A stretch of DNA of 32,000 bases from Methanothermobacter thermautotrophicus str. Delta H (GTDB lineage Archaea; Methanobacteriota; Methanobacteria; Methanobacteriales; Methanothermobacteraceae), in NCBI RefSeq assembly GCF_000008645.1, contig NC_000916.1:1290001-1322000 (forward strand). Reading direction: 5' to 3'. Shown piece after piece: positions 20,270 to 29,114 of the stretch. Position 1 is the first letter of the stretch; every line of letters begins with the position of its first letter. The position numbers were made by a program, and so were the translations under genes. The notes under the pieces were generated by a model that was not told the DNA's origin, made no database searches, and saw only the letters and a program-made list of their open reading frames with translations.

Positions 20270-21919
20270 CTATCTGAGTACTGCACCTGTATCTGCGGAT
20301 CCTGCCAGTTTACGGTAACGTGCAAGCCATCCCTTAACACTGCGGCGGGGTTTAACTGCACTCTGGAGTCTCTCCTCAATTTCCCGGGGACTAAGGTCAA
20401 CCTCAAGTTTTCTTGAGGGTATATCTATTCTGATGATGTCCCCATCATTCACCGCGGCAAGGGGACCGTCCTCCATGGCTTCAGGCGATACATGGCCAAC
20501 GCAGGGTCCCCTTGTACCACCTGAGAACCTTCCATCGGTTATAAGGGCGACCCTTTCAAGGCCCATGCCTGCAATCGCAGATGTCGGGTTGAGCATCTCC
20601 CTCATGCCGGGTCCTCCCTTGGGCCCCTCGTAGCGTATGACGATCACATCACCCTCATCTATCCTGCCACCGAATATGGCCTCCATGCATTCATCTTCAC
20701 TGTTAAAGACCTTCGCAGGACCCTCATGAACCATCATGTCCTCTGCAACGGCTCCCTGTTTCACGACCGATCCCCGGGGCGCCAGGTTACCCCTGAGTAT
20801 TGCAAGACCGCCCTCACTGTGGACTGGACTGTCAAGGGGCCTTATGACGTCCCTGTGTCCTACCTTCACATTCTCAATGTTCTCCTGGACTGTTCTGCCT
20901 GTGCATGTTACACATTCCCTGTTTATATGGTCCTCCAGGGTTTTTAAGACGGCGGGTATCCCGCCTGCCCGGTCAAGGTCCAGCATCATGTGTTCACCTG
21001 CCGGGGAGATTGATGCTATGTGGGGTATTACCCTGCTCAGCTCATCAAAGAGGTCCAGGTTGATGTTGAGTCCATCGATTTCAGCTGCGATGGCCGGGAT
21101 GTGGAGTGTGGTGTTTGTTGAACCCCCCAGGGCGAGGTCAACCATAACCGCATTCTCAAAGGCCTCCTGGCTCATTATCATGGTTGGCTTCAGATTTTCC
21201 TGCACCATTTCAACTATCCTCTTACCTGAGAGCCTTGCAATCTGCCTCTTACGTGAGCTTACGGCGTGGGCGGTTGCACAGCCAGGGAGGCTCATGCCCA
21301 GGGCCTCCGTCAGGCATGCCATGGTGTTGGCTGTGAATAGACCCGCACAGGATCTTGGCCCCGGGCAGGCGCATCTTTCGAGTTCTTCCAGTTCATCCTC
21401 TGACATCTCACCTGCGCTGACTGTTCCAACACCCTCATAAACGTTTATGAGGTCCACCTTTCTTCCCTTAAATTCTCCAGGGAGCATTGGCCCGCCGGTC
21501 ACGACTATGGCCGGTATGTCAAGTCTGGCCGCTGCCATGAGCATCCCCGGGACTATCTTGTCACAGGTTGGAAGCAGCACCAGCCCGTCAAGGGCATGGG
21601 CCATCGCCATGCTCTCCACGGTGTCTGCAACTATCTCCCTTGATGCCAGGGAGTACTTCATCCCGTCGTGGTTCATGGCTATTCCATCACATATCGCCAT
21701 GGTGTTGAATTCAAATGCGACACCCCCCGCAGCATTCACACCCTCCTTAACAGCCTCTGCAAGTTCCCTCAGGTGGATGTGGCCGGGAACTATGTCAGTG
21801 TAACTGTTGGCTATACCTATGAATGGTTTCTCGAAGTCATCATCTGTCAGGCCGCAGGCCCTCAGGAGGGATCGGTGGGGCGCCCTCTGGATTCCCCTCT
21901 TTATTGTATCACTCTTCAT
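20270..21919 (-). CDS. ilvD: dihydroxy-acid dehydratase
   Basis: 549 aa. [25 protein letters not shown] and [12 protein letters not shown] are IlvD/Edd family signatures. Confidence 0.95.
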   Translation of the reverse strand: MKSDTIKRGIQRAPHRSLLRACGLTDDDFEKPFIGIANSYTDIVPGHIHLRELAEAVKEGVNAAGGVAFEFNTMAICDGIAMNHDGMKYSLASREIVADTVESMAMAHALDGLVLLPTCDKIVPGMLMAAARLDIPAIVVTGGPMLPGEFKGRKVDLINVYEGVGTVSAGEMSEDELEELERCACPGPRSCAGLFTANTMACLTEALGMSLPGCATAHAVSSRKRQIARLSGKRIVEMVQENLKPTMIMSQEAFENAVMVDLALGGSTNTTLHIPAIAAEIDGLNINLDLFDELSRVIPHIASISPAGEHMMLDLDRAGGIPAVLKTLEDHINRECVTCTGRTVQENIENVKVGHRDVIRPLDSPVHSEGGLAILRGNLAPRGSVVKQGAVAEDMMVHEGPAKVFNSEDECMEAIFGGRIDEGDVIVIRYEGPKGGPGMREMLNPTSAIAGMGLERVALITDGRFSGGTRGPCVGHVSPEAMEDGPLAAVNDGDIIRIDIPSRKLEVDLSPREIEERLQSAVKPRRSVKGWLARYRKLAGSADTGAVLR

Positions 21920-22003
21920 GGAATCACCATTATTATCATCAACCCGATTATTATTAAATATTGGGGGATAATTAATATTAAAGTTACTGCCATATATTAT
22001 AAC

Positions 22004-23233
22004 ATGGACTTCCCGGTAATTAAGTTTTTGATAGCTCTTGCAATAGGTGCGCTGGTGGGTATTGAGAGGGAGCGGCGGATCAAGAGGACAGAATTTGCAG
22101 GTATAAGGACCTTCATGCTCATATCACTTGTAGGGGCACTGTCAGCCTATCTTTCAGGAAAGTTTTTTCTGGCGTTCCCTGTGGCATTCCTTGGGATCAT
22201 CCTCCTCATAGTCGTAAGTTACACAGCAAGCACCAGGGAGGGCGGTGATATCGGGGTAACCGGGGAGGTGGCTGCCCTTGTCACATTTCTCCTGGGGGCA
22301 ATGTGTGTTGCATATGACTACCGGCTGGCGGTGATGCTCTCAATCATAGTAACGGCCATTCTGGCCCTGAAGAGGTACATACACGTTGCAGTGAGGAGGA
22401 TAAGTGAGAGGGAGATGATAGACACCATAAAGTTCCTGATAATAGCCTTCGTAATCCTCCCCCTCCTTCCTGACACCGCAACTGGCCCCTAGGGTGTCTT
22501 CAATCCCTACCAGGTCTGGCTCATGGTGGTTTTCATATCTGCAATAAGTTATGCTGGATACATAGCCATGAAAATAGCCGGACCCGAAAGGGGCCTTGGG
22601 GCTACAGGGATCATAGGGGGCCTGGTTTCAAGTACTGCAGTTGTAACTGCAATGGCAGGGAGGGTGAGGGATTCGGAGGACCTTATGGGACCAGCGGTAT
22701 TCGCGGCGGTCATTTCAAGTTCCATGATGTTCTTCAGGATACTGCTGGAGGTCTCAGTTGTTAACTCCTCACTTGTGGGTTATGTGGCCCCTCCCATGCT
22801 TGCAATGGGTGTTCTGGGTGTTATGCTTGCAGCCATGTTCATGAGGTCATCATCAGGGATCGATTCAGACATCAAGATTGAAAATCCCTTCTCTGTCAAA
22901 CCAGCCCTAATATTCGGGGCCCTATTCCTTGCAATACTCTTCATATCAAAGGCTGCCAGCGTCTATCTTGGCCGTGGTGGTGTACTTGTGGCCAGTGTGA
23001 TCTCAGGTGTTGCTGATGTTGATGCAATAACTGTGAGCATGTCAATCCTTGCAGCAGGGGGCTCCATCTCACAATCAACTGCTGCAGCCGCCATAACACT
23101 GGCGGGGGTCTCAAACACCCTGATAAAGGGGGGAATAGCCCTTGTTCTTGGAACAAAAAAATTCGGGAAAAGGGTGGGGACCCTTTTCGTTGCAATCATA
23201 ACAGCCGGGTTGCTGGCTGTTCTCTTAACATAG
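22004..23233 (+). pseudogene. MgtC/SapB-N plus DUF4010 integral membrane protein interrupted by an in-frame TAG at 22490-22492
   Basis: [37 protein letters not shown]... is an MgtC-like N-terminus. The ORF stops at ...ILPLLPDTATGP*, and the same frame continues GVFNPYQVWLMVVFISAISYAGYIAMKIAGPERG... The ATG at 22523 is exactly in frame and has no RBS. Combined length is 409 codons, typical from memory for fused MgtC-DUF4010 proteins. Confidence 0.75.
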
Positions 23234-23270
23234 ATCAGGAGACTGGTTGTTGCTGTTTTATTGACCTGGA

Positions 23271-23570
23271 TCAGGACCTTATCATGGTGAGGAGCATCTT
23301 GAAGGGTTTCACCGCCATCACGGCGTGGGGCTTTTCTGCAGGCATGATTATCATCTCACCTGCAACCAGGCGGTGCTTCTCTCCGCTTATGGTGACTTCG
23401 GCCTCACCATCAATGACCTGTACCATGGCATCGAAGGGGGCGGTGTGTTCACTGAGGCCCTGACCCCTGTCAAAGGCAAAGAGGGTAACTGTACCTGTCT
23501 CTTTGCGGATTATCTCCCTGCTGACCACCGAGTCGTCCTGGTAATCGATGAGGTTGCTGATCTTCATCAC
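23271..23570 (-). CDS. cupin-fold protein (cupin_2-like)
   Basis: About 98 aa. GLSEHTAPFDAMVQVIDGEAEVTISGEKHRLVAGEMIIMPAEKPHAV is a two-motif cupin barrel. Start is GTG 23570 or ATG 23567. It lies 24 nt downstream of hcp on the same strand. Confidence 0.8.
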   Translation of the reverse strand: MMKISNLIDYQDDSVVSREIIRKETGTVTLFAFDRGQGLSEHTAPFDAMVQVIDGEAEVTISGEKHRLVAGEMIIMPAEKPHAVMAVKPFKMLLTMIRS

Positions 23571-23593
23571 CTTTCCTGTGAGATCCAGTTAAA

Positions 23594-25069
23594 TCACCCC
23601 AGTATCTTCCTGATATCCTCTTCAGGGTCACCTATTGGTGTGAGGTCATAGTTATCAACCAGGAACTTCACTATGTCCTCGTTGGCCCAGCCAGGCAGGA
23701 TTGGACCGATGTACATGCCCTTGAGGTCCAGTGATAGGAGGCTCCAGAGTATGGCGGCTGCCTTCTGTTCCATCCAGCTGAGGATTATGCTGAGTGGCAG
23801 CTCATTTATATCCATCTGGAAGAGGTTGCTGAGGGCCTCAACGAGTTCAACTGCCACTATGGCATCGTTGCACTGCCCGAGGTCTATGAGCCTGGGAACC
23901 CCCTCGATGTCACCCAGGTCCATGGAGTTGAACCGGTACTTTCCACAGGCCAGTGTAAGGACAACGGTGTCCTCTGGCAGTTTTCTCACGAATTCGGTGT
24001 AGTATTTTGCCCTGGGGAGGGGGGAGTCACAGCCACCCACAAGGAAGAATCTCCTTATCTTACCATCCTCAACCAGCTCCCTGATCTTATCTGCCAGTGA
24101 AAGTATGGTTGATAACCCGAATCCTGTTGTGAGGGTCGTGGCATCCTCTTCACTGAGTGGGGGTAGTTCAAGGGCCTTATCTATGAGGGGACTGAAGTCA
24201 TAGCCCTCCAGGTGTTCAACTCCGGGCAGGGCTGCAACACCACAGGTGAACATGCGATCCCTGTAATCATCGCGGGGAAGCAGGACACAGTTAGATGTTC
24301 CAAGTATGGCAGCAGTGTAGCGTGAGAAGGTGTCCTTCTGGTCGAACCATGGGCCTCCGAGCTGGCCGGCAAGATGGGGGTACTTCCTGAGTCCAGGGTA
24401 GCCATGGGCTGGCAGGAGCTCTGAATGGGTGTAGACGTTTATGCCGGTACCCTCGGTCTGCTTCAGAAGCTCCTCGAGGGCCCTGAGGCTGTGGCCGGTT
24501 GCGATTATGGCGGGACCTTCAAGGGCCCCCACCCTAACCTCGGTGGGCTCGGGTTCCCCGTAGGTGTCAATGTGGGCCTTCTTCAGGAGCTTCATGGTCC
24601 TGATGTTCATCTCACCTGCTTCAAGGGCAAGGTCTATGAATTCCCCGGCATCGAAGTTAACGTTTGTGAGGGTTGAATAGAATCCCCTCTCAAGGAAGGC
24701 GTCCACCTCCTCATCAGTGTATCCGAGTTCCCTGGCATGGTAGAGATAGGCTGAAATTCCCTTTATTGCGAATAGAAGGTTGTCCTGGAGTCTGGCAACT
24801 GTTGGTTCCTTTCCACAGACTCCCCTGATTGTGCAGGCCCTTCCACGGACGGTCTGGGAGCACTGATAACAGAACATGTCTATATCCTCGGGTCGCACCC
24901 GTTTTATTTCACCCCGGAGGGGTTCAAACTGGTCCTTGCCCACGTTGCACACAGGGCAGAGCCAGTCATCCGGAAGTTCCTCAAAGGGTGTCCCGGGTTC
25001 TATACCTGAGCGGGGGTCACCCACCTCCGGATCATATATGTAGTCACATACCTTGCAGCGGTACTTCAT
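23594..25069 (-). CDS. hcp: rubredoxin-domain fusion to hybrid-cluster protein (prismane/hydroxylamine reductase family, short form)
   Basis: The N-terminal 50 aa are a canonical rubredoxin ([10 protein letters not shown]...[13 protein letters not shown]). The Hcp N-terminal Cys cluster follows ([23 protein letters not shown]) with the rest of the Hcp body. ATG 25069 is 5 nt after a GGTGAT RBS; the track start is TTG 25075. Confidence 0.88.
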   Translation of the reverse strand: MKYRCKVCDYIYDPEVGDPRSGIEPGTPFEELPDDWLCPVCNVGKDQFEPLRGEIKRVRPEDIDMFCYQCSQTVRGRACTIRGVCGKEPTVARLQDNLLFAIKGISAYLYHARELGYTDEEVDAFLERGFYSTLTNVNFDAGEFIDLALEAGEMNIRTMKLLKKAHIDTYGEPEPTEVRVGALEGPAIIATGHSLRALEELLKQTEGTGINVYTHSELLPAHGYPGLRKYPHLAGQLGGPWFDQKDTFSRYTAAILGTSNCVLLPRDDYRDRMFTCGVAALPGVEHLEGYDFSPLIDKALELPPLSEEDATTLTTGFGLSTILSLADKIRELVEDGKIRRFFLVGGCDSPLPRAKYYTEFVRKLPEDTVVLTLACGKYRFNSMDLGDIEGVPRLIDLGQCNDAIVAVELVEALSNLFQMDINELPLSIILSWMEQKAAAILWSLLSLDLKGMYIGPILPGWANEDIVKFLVDNYDLTPIGDPEEDIRKILG

Positions 25070-25190
25070 TTTCAATCACCATATTAAAAACTGGCAGTAA
25101 ATTATATATAATTTTTGTCACTATTTCAGTATAAAATGTAACAGATAGATGGGGAGGGGACTCCAGGGATATAACGAGTGAGGTGTGTTT

Positions 25191-25928
25191 ATGGATAGAG
25201 GTGTTAATGAAGCCCTGAAGATCATGGGTCTGACAGATTATCAGGCCTCAGCCTACACTGCAATGGTCACGCTGGTATCTGCCAGGGCAGTGGAGGTTGC
25301 CGAGGTCTCGGGCATTCCAAGATCAAGGGTCTATGAGGTCCTGAGGCAGCTCTCAGACAGGGGCTTCGTGGAGGTTGAGAGGGGTAAACCCATGAGGTAC
25401 CATGTGGTGCCACCCTCAGAGGTGTTCAGGAGGGAGAAGGGTAGGATCATCAAAAAACTTGATGAGGCCATGTCCAGGCTTACCGAAATCTATGAGGACA
25501 GGGTTGCCAGGGTACCGACACCTGTATGGCTCATCCATGGACAGGAGAAGATTGTGAAGAAGGAACTGGAGATAATATCCCGTTCAAGGAAGGAACTCAA
25601 GATGAGGATGGGCTTCATATTCAGGGATGAAATAAAGGCACTCCGCCCGGCCCTTGATAGAATAACCGATCGTGGAGTTGAGGTGAGGATCATGGCCAGG
25701 GATGTAATTGATGTACCCGGTGAGGTTGAGGTGAGGAGAATACCCCCTGTCAGGATGCTTGTCCGGGATTCACAGGAGATGATGTGGATATTCTCACGCT
25801 TCACACCCGATGGTGCACCCATCCCTGAAACCGCCATCGGGATATGGAACCAGTACCCTGAGATCGCAGAGAACTATGCCAGGATATTCGACACGGTATG
25901 GAAGGGGGGTGCCGGGAGGTCACCTTAA
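25191..25928 (+). CDS. TrmB-family transcriptional regulator
   Basis: LTDYQASAYTAMVTLVSARAVEVAEVSGIPRSRVYEVLRQLSDRGFVEVERGKPMRY is a TrmB-type wHTH. The gene is divergent from hcp. ATG 25191 follows a GGTG RBS; the track start is GTG 25185. Confidence 0.85.
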   Translation: MDRGVNEALKIMGLTDYQASAYTAMVTLVSARAVEVAEVSGIPRSRVYEVLRQLSDRGFVEVERGKPMRYHVVPPSEVFRREKGRIIKKLDEAMSRLTEIYEDRVARVPTPVWLIHGQEKIVKKELEIISRSRKELKMRMGFIFRDEIKALRPALDRITDRGVEVRIMARDVIDVPGEVEVRRIPPVRMLVRDSQEMMWIFSRFTPDGAPIPETAIGIWNQYPEIAENYARIFDTVWKGGAGRSP

Positions 25929-26120
25929 GATCCTTTCAATCGCAGAGACAGGACATTTCCATTTCAATCAGCACAGAATGTACCTCATTGAAGAGGTTCA
26001 GGAGATCCCTTAAGGGTCATCATCTGAACATTACTAGGGGTTTAAAGATCCACCGGAGCAATATTTAAAAACCCTCACCTTAAAAACAATAACATTAGTT
26101 ATTCTTACCAAGGTGATGGC

Positions 26121-27938
26121 ATGAGGATACTGTTAATTCACTCTGATTACTTGAAATACGAGACAAAGAATAAAACAGGGATAGCAGAGGAAATCCCTGA
26201 AGATAAGATGCAGGGAGATTTCAGGGAGTCCCTGGTGGTTTTCACAGCAGTGGAGGCTGAAGATGAGGATAACCCTGAATCAGTAATTGAAAACGCGGTT
26301 AATGAAATAATAAAGGTTTTCAATGACGTTAAGGCAGAGAACGTCGTGATATACCCTTACGCACACCTCAGCTCCTCGCTCAGCTCCCCCAAAACAGCGG
26401 TGGAGGTCCTTGAGGGAATGGAATCAGCCCTCCGCAGCGAGGGTGTTGATGTCTCAAGGGTTCCTTTCGGGTGGTATAAGGCCTTCAAGATATCCTGCAA
26501 GGGTCACCCACTATCAGAGCTATCAAGGAGCATAAGGCCACAGCCCCCAAAGGTGGAGGAGGAGAGCGAGGAATCCGAGTGGTTCATACTCCACAGGGGA
26601 GAGACGGTTAAACCCGGAGACTTCGAGTTCAAAAACAGGGATCTTGAGAACCTGGTGAAATATGAGCTTGGCGAACTTGAATCCTCTGGTGAAGAACCAC
26701 CACACGTTAGACTCATGAGGGAGAAGGGACTTGCAGACTATGAGCCATCAGCAGACGTTGGACACCTCCGGTGGTACCCCAGGGGAAGGCTGATAAGGGA
26801 CCTTCTTGCAGACTACGTCTACATGCTTGTCACCAGTGAGGGGGCAATGCCAGTTGAGACACCCATAATGTATGACCTCGAGGACGAGGCAATCAGGGTA
26901 CATGCAGAGAAGTTCGGTGAAAGACAGTACAGGATGAAGAACAGGAAGGAACTCATGCTGAGATACGCCTGCTGTTTCGGAGCCTTCAGGATCCTTTCAG
27001 ACTCCTTCCTGACGTGGAAGAACCTGCCTGCATCCATATATGAACTCTCGACCTACAGCTTCCGGCTTGAAAAGAAGGGCGAGGTGGTTGGTCTTAAGAG
27101 GCTCAGGGGCTTTACAATGCCGGATCTCCACACGGTATGTGCTGACCTTGATCAGTCCCTTGAGGAATTCGCCAGGCAGGTCGAGATGTGCATGAGGACC
27201 GGCCAGGACCTCCAGGTGAACTATGAGGTCATATTCAGGGCCACGGCTGACTTCTATGAGGAGTACAGGGAATGGGTACATGAAGTAGCGGATAAAATCG
27301 GAAAACCAGTGCTCCTGGAGATACTCCCCTCAAGGAAGCACTACTGGATTGCCAAGATGGACTTCGCAGCCATAGACTACCTTGGAAGACCGATAGAGAA
27401 TCCAACAGTTCAGATTGACGTTGAAAGCGGTGAGAGGTTCGGGATAACCTATGTTAACAGTGATGAGGAGGAGGTAAACCCAATAATCCTCCACTGCAGT
27501 CCAACAGGCAGCATTGAGAGGGTCATATGCAGCCTTCTTGAGAAGACGGCCATTGAAATGGATGAAAAACCACCTATGCTGCCCTTGTGGCTCTCACCCA
27601 CCCAGGTACGTGTGCTTCCAATTGCAGAGCGCCACATGGAATATGCCAGTGACCTGGTATCAGAACTTATCGCAGCTGACGTAAGGGCTGACCTGGATGA
27701 CCGATCAGAGACCCTCGGAAAGAAGATAAGGAATGCGGCCCAGGACTGGGTCCCCTACGTTGTTGTTATAGGTGACAGTGAAATGGAGGGCAAACTCACG
27801 GTCAATGTGAGGGAAACAGGTGAAAAGCTTCAGATGGGCCTGGATGAACTCATAGAACGTATAAGGGCTGAAACAGAGGGCATGCCCTTCAGAAGACTGC
27901 CGCTACCGGTTAAACTATCCGAGAGGATAAACTTCTAA
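26121..27938 (+). CDS. thrS: threonine-tRNA ligase, archaeal type with N-terminal archaea-specific editing domain
   Basis: 605 aa with a class II core (motifs around [11 protein letters not shown] and the C-terminal anticodon-binding domain). The N-terminal ~140 aa are unlike bacterial N1/N2 editing domains. RBS GGTGAT at 26111-26116. Confidence 0.93.
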
Positions 27939-27941
27939 TAA

Positions 27942-27949
27942 TTTTTTTT
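27942..27949 (+). terminator. T8 tract 4 nt after the thrS stop
   Basis: TAATAATTTTTTTTAATC; an oligo-T archaeal terminator. Confidence 0.6.
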
Positions 27950-27953
27950 AATC

Positions 27954-28002
27954 TGATAACTTATAACTTATCACATATACTTTATAAGTTATAAATTATA
28001 AC
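27954..28002. repeat. seven contiguous 7-bp units TGATAAC TTATAAC TTATCAC ATATACT TTATAAG TTATAAA TTATAAC upstream of parA
   Basis: Read directly with strict 7-nt phasing over 49 bp. The array ends 12 nt before the GGTGAT RBS (28015-28020) of parA and must overlap the parA promoter. Confidence 0.7.
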
Positions 28003-28023
28003 TTAGATCCAGCAGGTGATGAG

Positions 28024-28793
28024 ATGGGAGAGGTAATTTCAATCATAAACCAGAAGGGTGGCTGTGGAAAGACAACAACAGCCGTTAATCTATCAGCAGC
28101 ACTTTCCTCCTTGACAGGAGGGTTCTTGTAATCGACATGGACCCCCAGGGCAATGCAACCACTGGGTTCGGGATAAACAAGTCAGAACTGGAGTCAACAA
28201 TATACACGGTCCTGAGCCGAAAGGCAGCACTGTCCTCTGTGATAATGCCTGCAGAGCTCCAGGACCTCTACATAGCACCCAGTAACATATCCCTCAGCGG
28301 TGCCGAGATAGAGCTCAGCAGTGAGATAGGATACCATGCCATCCTCCAGGAGTCACTGGGGGATGTGAGGAATGACTTTGACTACATATTCATAGACGCC
28401 CCACCATCCCTGGGCATACTCACACTCAACGCCCTCGTGGCCTCTGACAGTGTCATAATACCCATACAGGCAGAGTACTATGCCCTTGAGGGCATGGCAG
28501 ACCTCCTGAAGACAATGAACCTGGTGGAAGAACGACTCCAGAGTCCCTGTCCGATAAAGGGGATACTGCTGACCCTCTACGATTCAAGGACACGACTTGC
28601 AAGGGACGTACAGAGGGAGGTTGAGAAGTTTTTCGGTGAAAGGGAGAACATCTTCAGGACAAGGATACCCAGGAACGTTCGCCTTGCAGAGGCCCCCAGC
28701 CACGGTAAGCCCTGCATAACCTATGACCCCGAAAGTACAGGTACAGAGGCCTACATGAAACTTGCAGCTGAAATACTTGAAATGGAGGGATAG
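28024..28793 (+). pseudogene. parA: ParA/Soj-type partition ATPase (deviant Walker A), frame broken by an apparent 1-nt deletion near 28105-28112
   Basis: [30 protein letters not shown] then a stop at 28129-28131. The other frame, open from 28089, reads ...[22 protein letters not shown]... and continues to 28793 with typical Soj motifs (FIDAPPSLG, IPIQAEYYALEG, RIPRNVRLAEAPSHGKP). Confidence 0.85.
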
Positions 28794-28794
28794 G

Positions 28795-29088
28795 ATGACA
28801 CAGAAGAAGGGCCTTGGAATGGGACTGGATGCACTGATCCAGTCAAGGACAAGGAAGGAACCTGAAAAAGATACCGGAAAGGATGATGATGCACGCATCC
28901 AGGAGGTCATACGGGAAGTTAAGAAGAATCCCCGGGTTACCCTTTGGTCTGCAAGATCAGCAGCTGTTTTAAGGTACCTTAAAAAGACGCAGCCAGAATT
29001 CAGCATAAGCAGGGAGGCATCTGCCCTTATAGAGCAGGCGGTGAGGAATAAGTACCCTGATATATGGGAGCTGTTTTCTGAACTTTAG
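28795..29088 (+). CDS. 97-aa protein: ParB/Spo0J N-terminal box (KKGLGMGLDALI), a charged linker, and a predicted ribbon-helix-helix-like C-terminal domain; candidate ParA partner / centromere-binding protein
   Basis: The ATG at 28795 is 1 nt after the parA stop, with a GGAGGGA RBS. Sequence: MTQKKGLGMGLDALIQSRTRKEPEKDTGKDDDARIQEVIREVKKNPRVTLWSARSAAVLRYLKKTQPEFSISREASALIEQAVRNKYPDIWELFSEL. The track start at 28762 overlaps parA and is rejected. Confidence 0.65.
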   Translation: MTQKKGLGMGLDALIQSRTRKEPEKDTGKDDDARIQEVIREVKKNPRVTLWSARSAAVLRYLKKTQPEFSISREASALIEQAVRNKYPDIWELFSEL

Positions 29089-29114
29089 GCGCCCGTGGAT
29101 CGCCCATGGCTGCT

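Noticed and set aside
22490-22492. In-frame TAG read as a pyrrolysine codon
   Set aside because: Pyrrolysine decoding is known in Methanosarcinales and Methanomassiliicoccales, not Methanobacteriales. No pyl genes or methylamine methyltransferase context are visible. A nonsense mutation or sequence error is more parsimonious. It is kept as a finding only as an unexplained stop.
26088-26103. Small palindrome AATAAC-ATTA-GTTATT between the thrS TATA-like element and its RBS; its ATAAC/GTTAT half-sites resemble the heptad core
   Set aside because: It has only 6-bp arms in an A/T-rich leader, so chance occurrence is plausible. There is no phased repetition like the two heptad arrays. I noted it but do not claim it as a site.
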